This document shows positions 61,501 to 64,000 of a stretch of 64,000 nucleotides of DNA, one piece after another. The stretch's first letter is position 1. Each line of letters starts with the position of its first letter. Below the pieces are notes generated by a model. The model saw only the letters and a program-made list of their open reading frames with translations, was not told the DNA's origin and searched no databases. Where the stretch lies: IMG/VR virus record IMGVR_UViG_3300049459_000229, positions 23,831-87,830 of that record; one strand, given 5' to 3'. The DNA is from a virus. The position numbers and the translations under genes are program-made.

Positions 61501-62562
61501 GGCCGTGGCGGCGGACGAGCGCGTGACGGCTGGTCCGAGGCCCTCATAGGCCGCGCGTAAGGCATTAATGTCAGCGCTGGCAGCGGCGCTGCCGAAGCGC
61601 TGGGCAGCGCCTTCAGGCGATGAGCCGGGCTGTTGCAGATAAGACTGCACACGACCAGCAGCGTTCAGCTGTGACAGCGGACTGGCGGACAGGAAGCTGG
61701 CGTTCAGGCCGCGGTTGCGCTCGGCAGCCTGCTCAACCTCGACGGCTTCGTGCAGCTGCGCGGCAATGCGGCGGCCGGCGGCCCGAACTTCAGTCTCACT
61801 CGGCAGGCCCAGCAGAGTCCTGACGTCGATCGTCGATGCCGAACGCGCGCGCAGGTTTTCAGCCGTAACCGACTCGCGCATCTGGGCTGCGATCTGCTGT
61901 CCGATCGTGCGCGACTCAGCCTCGCTCGGCAGGCCCAGCAGGGTTCGGGCGTCGATGTTCGATGCAGATTTCGTGCGCAGCGCGGCGTCGCGCGCAGCGT
62001 TCATGGCGCGCGCGCGATCGATCTCGGCTTCGGTGGCGCCGGCCATCGGCCGGTAGGAGGTCTCGTACAGAGACTTGGCGTTCGCCTGGAACTGCTTGAG
62101 CTTCTCCAGCTGGCCGTCCAGCGACTGGGCGGCGGCCGTGGCCATCTGGCCGTAGCGCGCGGTCACAGCTTCGACCGGGATCCCTTGCGCCAGCTGGTTG
62201 AAGGCGGCAGTGACGTTGCTGGCCGAGCCGCGCTGGACCTGCTCCCAGGTGCGCGCGTCGGCTGCCTTGATCTTCAGGCCGGCGGCCTCCAGCGCGGCGG
62301 CCGCCTTGTTGCCGTTCTCCTCGATGATCTGGGCCTGGCGGCCGCCGAGGGCTTGCAGCGTCTTCTCGGCGGTGGCCGCAAGGTTCGCGAAGCCGGTCAC
62401 CATGGTGGCCTGCATCAGCTGCATCTGCTCCGAGAGCTTGTTCAGCGCGGAGTTGTCGCCAAGCCGCGTCATCGATTCCGTGAGACGGTCAATAGCCGAC
62501 GTGAGGCGGTTGACGCCGTCGTCGCCGCTGGCACTGACTGGAATATCGATGTTGTCGCTCAT
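55531..62562 (-). CDS. Tail tape measure protein (2343 aa)
   Basis: TP901-like core (ADIFAVTAANSNTSV...SIEETAAMLG..A...GTSL), Ala-rich helical sequence, follows the tail chaperones; two DUF4214-like repeats at the C-terminus. Confidence 0.95.
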   Translation of the reverse strand: MSDNIDIPVSASGDDGVNRLTSAIDRLTESMTRLGDNSALNKLSEQMQLMQATMVTGFANLAATAEKTLQALGGRQAQIIEENGNKAAAALEAAGLKIKAADARTWEQVQRGSASNVTAAFNQLAQGIPVEAVTARYGQMATAAAQSLDGQLEKLKQFQANAKSLYETSYRPMAGATEAEIDRARAMNAARDAALRTKSASNIDARTLLGLPSEAESRTIGQQIAAQMRESVTAENLRARSASTIDVRTLLGLPSETEVRAAGRRIAAQLHEAVEVEQAAERNRGLNASFLSASPLSQLNAAGRVQSYLQQPGSSPEGAAQRFGSAAASADINALRAAYEGLGPAVTRSSAATASHNQAMQEAHSLARGLAGSLGGLWLTYGSLIPLAAGAAIAASLKSVVTVGAEVEHQLTNVLALTKSSVNLDQFLSVSDGSLRSLIEGANAMRMLAQNGLNAAQSLQVLPSILDLATVGEMTVGQAALAATGAASAFGLSYSEAGRIADIFAVTAANSNTSVLAMTESMRQASTVASLFKVSIEETAAMLGLLAKINVTGGAAGTSLTNMLTGLYEPTEKGKKALKELGVETQMASGALKPLTQLLEEMRGALSQYSDSARVDLLGSIFTVRGVKSAQLALENIDDFKKKTEEAATATGFMAGVVKKLEDDTTGGFQRLGVEVQNSFVRSFQEASPFIQGVALSLGDMFKPGGSASTGLQNFSTNIARLTGALVENLDVVTLLAGGYVAMRALGPTTELVMAAVTASAAHTTAAVAETTALGAVTAANLGAGASAELVAGAVAAQTAATEAATAATVAWEAALLPVLGAVAIAAGVAAAAWLLFRDNTDQADQANQKIANSLHVIGEALDREIAQLEKSNALWNAREGRYNAPETVTQSDIDSARAAVTKLENEARAKGKNPNDLRNPQMLPTGSPGIMTSSVTGYQKLSAQIIEADRNLAGLLAKQDQVDKILNPAKAVQGVHNATAQLREELDKFYNAGMQTNSQKEYYQQNPAVRAVHAQAETLKKQLLDTSKVLSDPEAEQNRISAIRVDLKQLQDQSNALRNSKVDVGDKDSARVRIEQLQEELRLKQMLTKTEIDNAKSANKRGELGDIQLINLELEKKLTLDQKAVDVARAELAAAGPLKPSQQQKFQSKIDSAEAQKASDTSAAQRALEDTLDRMDSAKLSHQAKTLAEQGQLQDAFNLQWEADYGRTLANLDSDIEAAEGKSYQARLKNYKQFLLNLKEEGEKSSIFKMDENYFNADIEKLKTRLNDLKLQNGPGTGLSTVVNNQLRAGDAIRNALPQLTEDQLVMQADAGDDPVKQKAAQKALKQIQEMSANLRNEWVGIGQTISQALTDAFGRGGAAIGGLMTSVTAYGAKVQDIKAEFEKSDGGTEAQKQASEDMAAAQVKAYGSMTTAAKGFFDTNSHGYKILHAAEQAFRIYELAMAVGNAVKKIALEGGVTAAVLGGEASRSAAVMTGTETQIAADMAKGTSAAAVAVATQAQGDPYSAWIRMAAMAAAMASLGFAVMGGVGGGATDAQQRQEENGTGTIAGDPKAKSDSIAKSLELVSKNTYNNLNVSMGMLASLQAIEANLSNFAGLLVQNTSITNPEVQLNSNNGFATTLATAGGLLGGGLLGAALAKMPIIGKISTAIFGGKQTLDDSGFTLQKSTLGQIAAGGASAQTYADVTTDGGWFRSDSHDTKTTMLAAEANRAITQVITSIGDTIRAAGAVLGMSGSEFDAKLNGFVIDLGKISLKDLSSSEQQAAIQTAFSKLGDQMAQSAFSTITQFSKAGEGALETLARVATDYQAVDAVFKSFGTVFSSVGMESIAAREHLIDLAGGLDKFTSQASFFFENFLTKGQQTAASRAAIDPTLVKYGLSTIGPDAVKHFADVTIAMGTMGAAGAEAYTELMSIAPAFKAITDVAKDLQDQIDDLLMTQAQKDAAARAQLDPANQLLFDQLQQAKLISTAREDLANAYQGEATALQSSIDKLKSFSLSLKNFINSLQLSDMSPLNPADKYGAALSQFNTTLAKAQAGDTDAQSNLQSVAQAFLQASKAANASNSTYQSDYQRVLAVTSAMANWADGKVTEGQQNLAALRQQVEQLTTLNNTTLSVVEAINNLAVIMAGGKNDSVNSSALISLYKELLGRTPDAAGFDFWMQALQNGTPFSTIIDNFKNSSEYYSHTSGQSPVTSVTPSTQYGTTPSSSTSMADQLTNLYQQVLGRAPDAAGFNFWLQAMQNGTSLSTVASDMMKSSEYADHTSTRTTVMSDPYVGIAAQNSQMIAQLTSLNGQIIGLRTEQQTQAEQQVAAVMTAGANTGEDVAEAITSASQAASWNNSNQVAIR

Positions 62563-62567
62563 ATGCA

Positions 62568-62604
62568 AAGCCCCCGTTAGATTGTCATTATCTAACGGGG
62601 GCTT
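62568..62604. repeat. Perfect 15-bp inverted repeat upstream of the tape measure start
   Basis: AAGCCCCCGTTAGAT-tgtcatt-ATCTAACGGGGGCTT. Confidence 0.9.
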
Positions 62605-62615
62605 CCGTGAAGCAA
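62587..62615 (-). promoter_or_regulatory. Sigma70-like promoter for the tape measure gene
   Basis: TTGCTT-N17-GATAAT on the minus strand. Confidence 0.5.
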
Positions 62616-62629
62616 GTTCCATGAGGAAA

Positions 62630-62965
62630 TTACTTCGGCTTCTGCGCGGCTACATGCTCAAGGTATGCGCTGTCGAGCCGGTTCACGAATTTGAAGATAC
62701 GCTCGCGTTCTGTAAGGTTGTCTATTTGGAACAGGATGCAGTACGACAGAATTTCGGACACCGGAATTGGCAGCGGCCCTGACATGCTCACGTTTCGGCT
62801 GCGAGACACGCCCTGATAGGCGGTGTAATAGTGGTACTGGCGCACATCCAGTACCGGGCGGGCGGCAAGCGCCTTGGGGTTCTTGCCATCCGCCTTTTGC
62901 TCGAGCAGAAACTCAAGCTGCGGACCCCAGGTGAGATCCCACCTGAGGTACTCGATCAGTTTTTT
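62630..62965 (-). CDS. Tail assembly chaperone -1 frameshift extension (gpGT-like)
   Basis: The -1 frame is open from the slippery site (LIEYLRWDLTWG...VRQYHYY...AAQKPK*). Confidence 0.85.
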   Translation of the reverse strand, partial: KKLIEYLRWDLTWGPQLEFLLEQKADGKNPKALAARPVLDVRQYHYYTAYQGVSRSRNVSMSGPLPIPVSEILSYCILFQIDNLTERERIFKFVNRLDSAYLEHVAAQKPK

Positions 62966-63369
62966 GCGTCGGCCTCTTCGGTCTCGAAGCGGAAGTTGCG
63001 GAAGTCGGCAGCCTTGCGCGCCACTTCATTCTGGAATTCCTTCAGCATCAGCAGCTTCTGGGCATTCGCCGCGCTGTATTCCAGCTTCTCGCCCTTGAAG
63101 GTGACCGGACCGATCCAGCCCAGCAAGACGGTCTTGGCCAGCACCTCGGCCATGATCTGGGTCGACAGCTCCTCGGCCGCGGCGCGATCTTCGTCGGTGT
63201 CACGCTTGTCCAGCGCGTCCTTGTTCTTCTCGTACAGGCTGGCCAGCAGGCTGGTGTACTTCGGGTTGTTGGCGCGCGCGAGGGTCAGGGTAACGCCGCC
63301 GCCCCAGGGGAATTCCTTGCCTTCTTGTTCGGCTTTAGGGTCGGTTGCGTACGATTGCCAGAAATCCAT
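62956..63369 (-). CDS. Tail assembly chaperone (gpG-like)
   Basis: Between the tail tube and tape measure; ends GCA AAA AAC TGA; GGAG RBS. Confidence 0.9.
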   Translation of the reverse strand: MDFWQSYATDPKAEQEGKEFPWGGGVTLTLARANNPKYTSLLASLYEKNKDALDKRDTDEDRAAAEELSTQIMAEVLAKTVLLGWIGPVTFKGEKLEYSAANAQKLLMLKEFQNEVARKAADFRNFRFETEEADAKN

Positions 63370-63407
63370 GGGTGTTCTCCAGTTGTGGTTTGGGTAGTGG
63401 AGGTGAC

Positions 63408-63436
63408 AGTTTGAATACTCCCTTGCCTCGTGTCAA
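63408..63436 (-). promoter_or_regulatory. Sigma70-like promoter for the tail chaperone genes
   Basis: TTGACA-N17-CAAACT on the minus strand. Confidence 0.6.
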
Positions 63437-63446
63437 GATCCCGCAG

Positions 63447-63478
63447 GAAATAAAAAGGGCGCGACCGAAGTCGCGCCC
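63447..63478 (-). terminator. Rho-independent terminator after the tail tube gene
   Basis: GGGCGCGAC-TTCG-GTCGCGCCC-TTTTTATTT on the minus strand. Confidence 0.9.
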
Positions 63479-63502
63479 CACTCCCACTCCCACCCGTAAC
63501 TG

Positions 63503-64000
63503 TTACGGCGCTACAGCCGCGCCCACGCGGTCGATGAACATGGTCTTGCGCAGCGCCGGATTACTATTGCCCTTGTCCGAGTACGCAGTGTAGTCGAACT
63601 CGGCCATGATGTCGGTATCCTTGCTGCCAGCCACGATCTTGCCGCTGGTCAGCATCGCCTTCGGATAGGTGATCACGTAGCCGTTGCCGGCAGCGTCCTG
63701 GGTCGACACCGTGAACGAGGTGTAGGTGTCGGTCAGGAACTTGTTGTACAGCGCGCCGTCGGCGAAGTAGACGGTGATCTTGCCCTTGGCCATGAAGGTG
63801 CCGATGCCGACGCCCACCAGGCCCAGGGTGCCGGCCGCATCCTGCGCGCGCAGGCCGCTGTCGATGTCGAACGAAATCGACTTGATCGAGGTCGAGACCA
63901 GCGGCGCGCCGCCTTCCCACAGCTGGCCCACACCCTTGACACCGTTCTGGATGTCGTAGGTGTTCGAGGCTGCCACGGCGCCGGTCAGGCGAGTGGTGGT
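63503..64000 (-). CDS. Major tail tube protein (5' part outside the window)
   Basis: GKITVYFADG.LYNKF...D.AGNGYVITYPK motif; followed by a terminator and the chaperones. Confidence 0.85.
   Translation of the reverse strand, partial: TTTRLTGAVAASNTYDIQNGVKGVGQLWEGGAPLVSTSIKSISFDIDSGLRAQDAAGTLGLVGVGIGTFMAKGKITVYFADGALYNKFLTDTYTSFTVSTQDAAGNGYVITYPKAMLTSGKIVAGSKDTDIMAEFDYTAYSDKGNSNPALRKTMFIDRVGAAVAP

Larger units (their letters stand above)
1..64000. mobile_element. Tailed dsDNA bacteriophage genome segment (siphovirus-like)
   Basis: Tape measure, tail tube, frameshifted tail chaperone, lysis cassette, phage-type replication genes and dense small ORFs; no host housekeeping operons. Confidence 0.97.

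Noticed and set aside
1-64000. tRNA/rRNA genes and a DNA hypermodification pathway (7-deazaguanine, dZ, hmU)
   Set aside because: No cloverleaf-like intergenic sequence and no recognisable dpdA/queCDE/folE/purZ or hydroxymethylase genes; a tRNAscan/Infernal run would be needed to exclude RNAs formally

Overview
The whole window is part of a high-GC, long-tailed (siphovirus-type) dsDNA phage genome, probably of a proteobacterial host. DUF4214-like domains hint at a betaproteobacterium such as Oxalobacteraceae, which is inference only. There are four blocks. (1) 1-15.9 kb (+): about 50 tightly coupled small early/accessory genes, including an HNH nuclease, a Gp88-like Cys-rich protein and an orphan IS5-transposase N-terminal domain. 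(2) 15.9-21.3 kb (-): a separately promoted five-gene accessory fibre operon (fibre protein, alpha/beta-hydrolase, beta-helix/Ig protein, tandem adaptor protein, Ala-rich peptide), far from the tail genes. (3) 21.4-46.4 kb (+): DNA metabolism, with RdgC, a C5 DNA methyltransferase whose missing motif IX lies in a fully nested +1-frame ORF, a dCMP-deaminase-like protein, SNF2 helicase, primase-helicase, putative SSB, ExoX-like nuclease, two MazG-like NTP-PPases, dNMP kinase, TraR/DksA, PolA with a fused 5'-3' exonuclease, ATP-dependent ligase, ThyX, a resolvase, SbcCD and a Xis-like protein. (4) 46.5-64 kb (-): the lysis cassette (holins, GH19 endolysin, Rz/Rz1) and tail genes (Ig-domain fibre, 2343-aa tape measure, frameshifted tail chaperones, tail tube). 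I saw no tRNA, rRNA, CRISPR array, integrase or reverse transcriptase. All calls come from manual motif recognition; no database searches were run.
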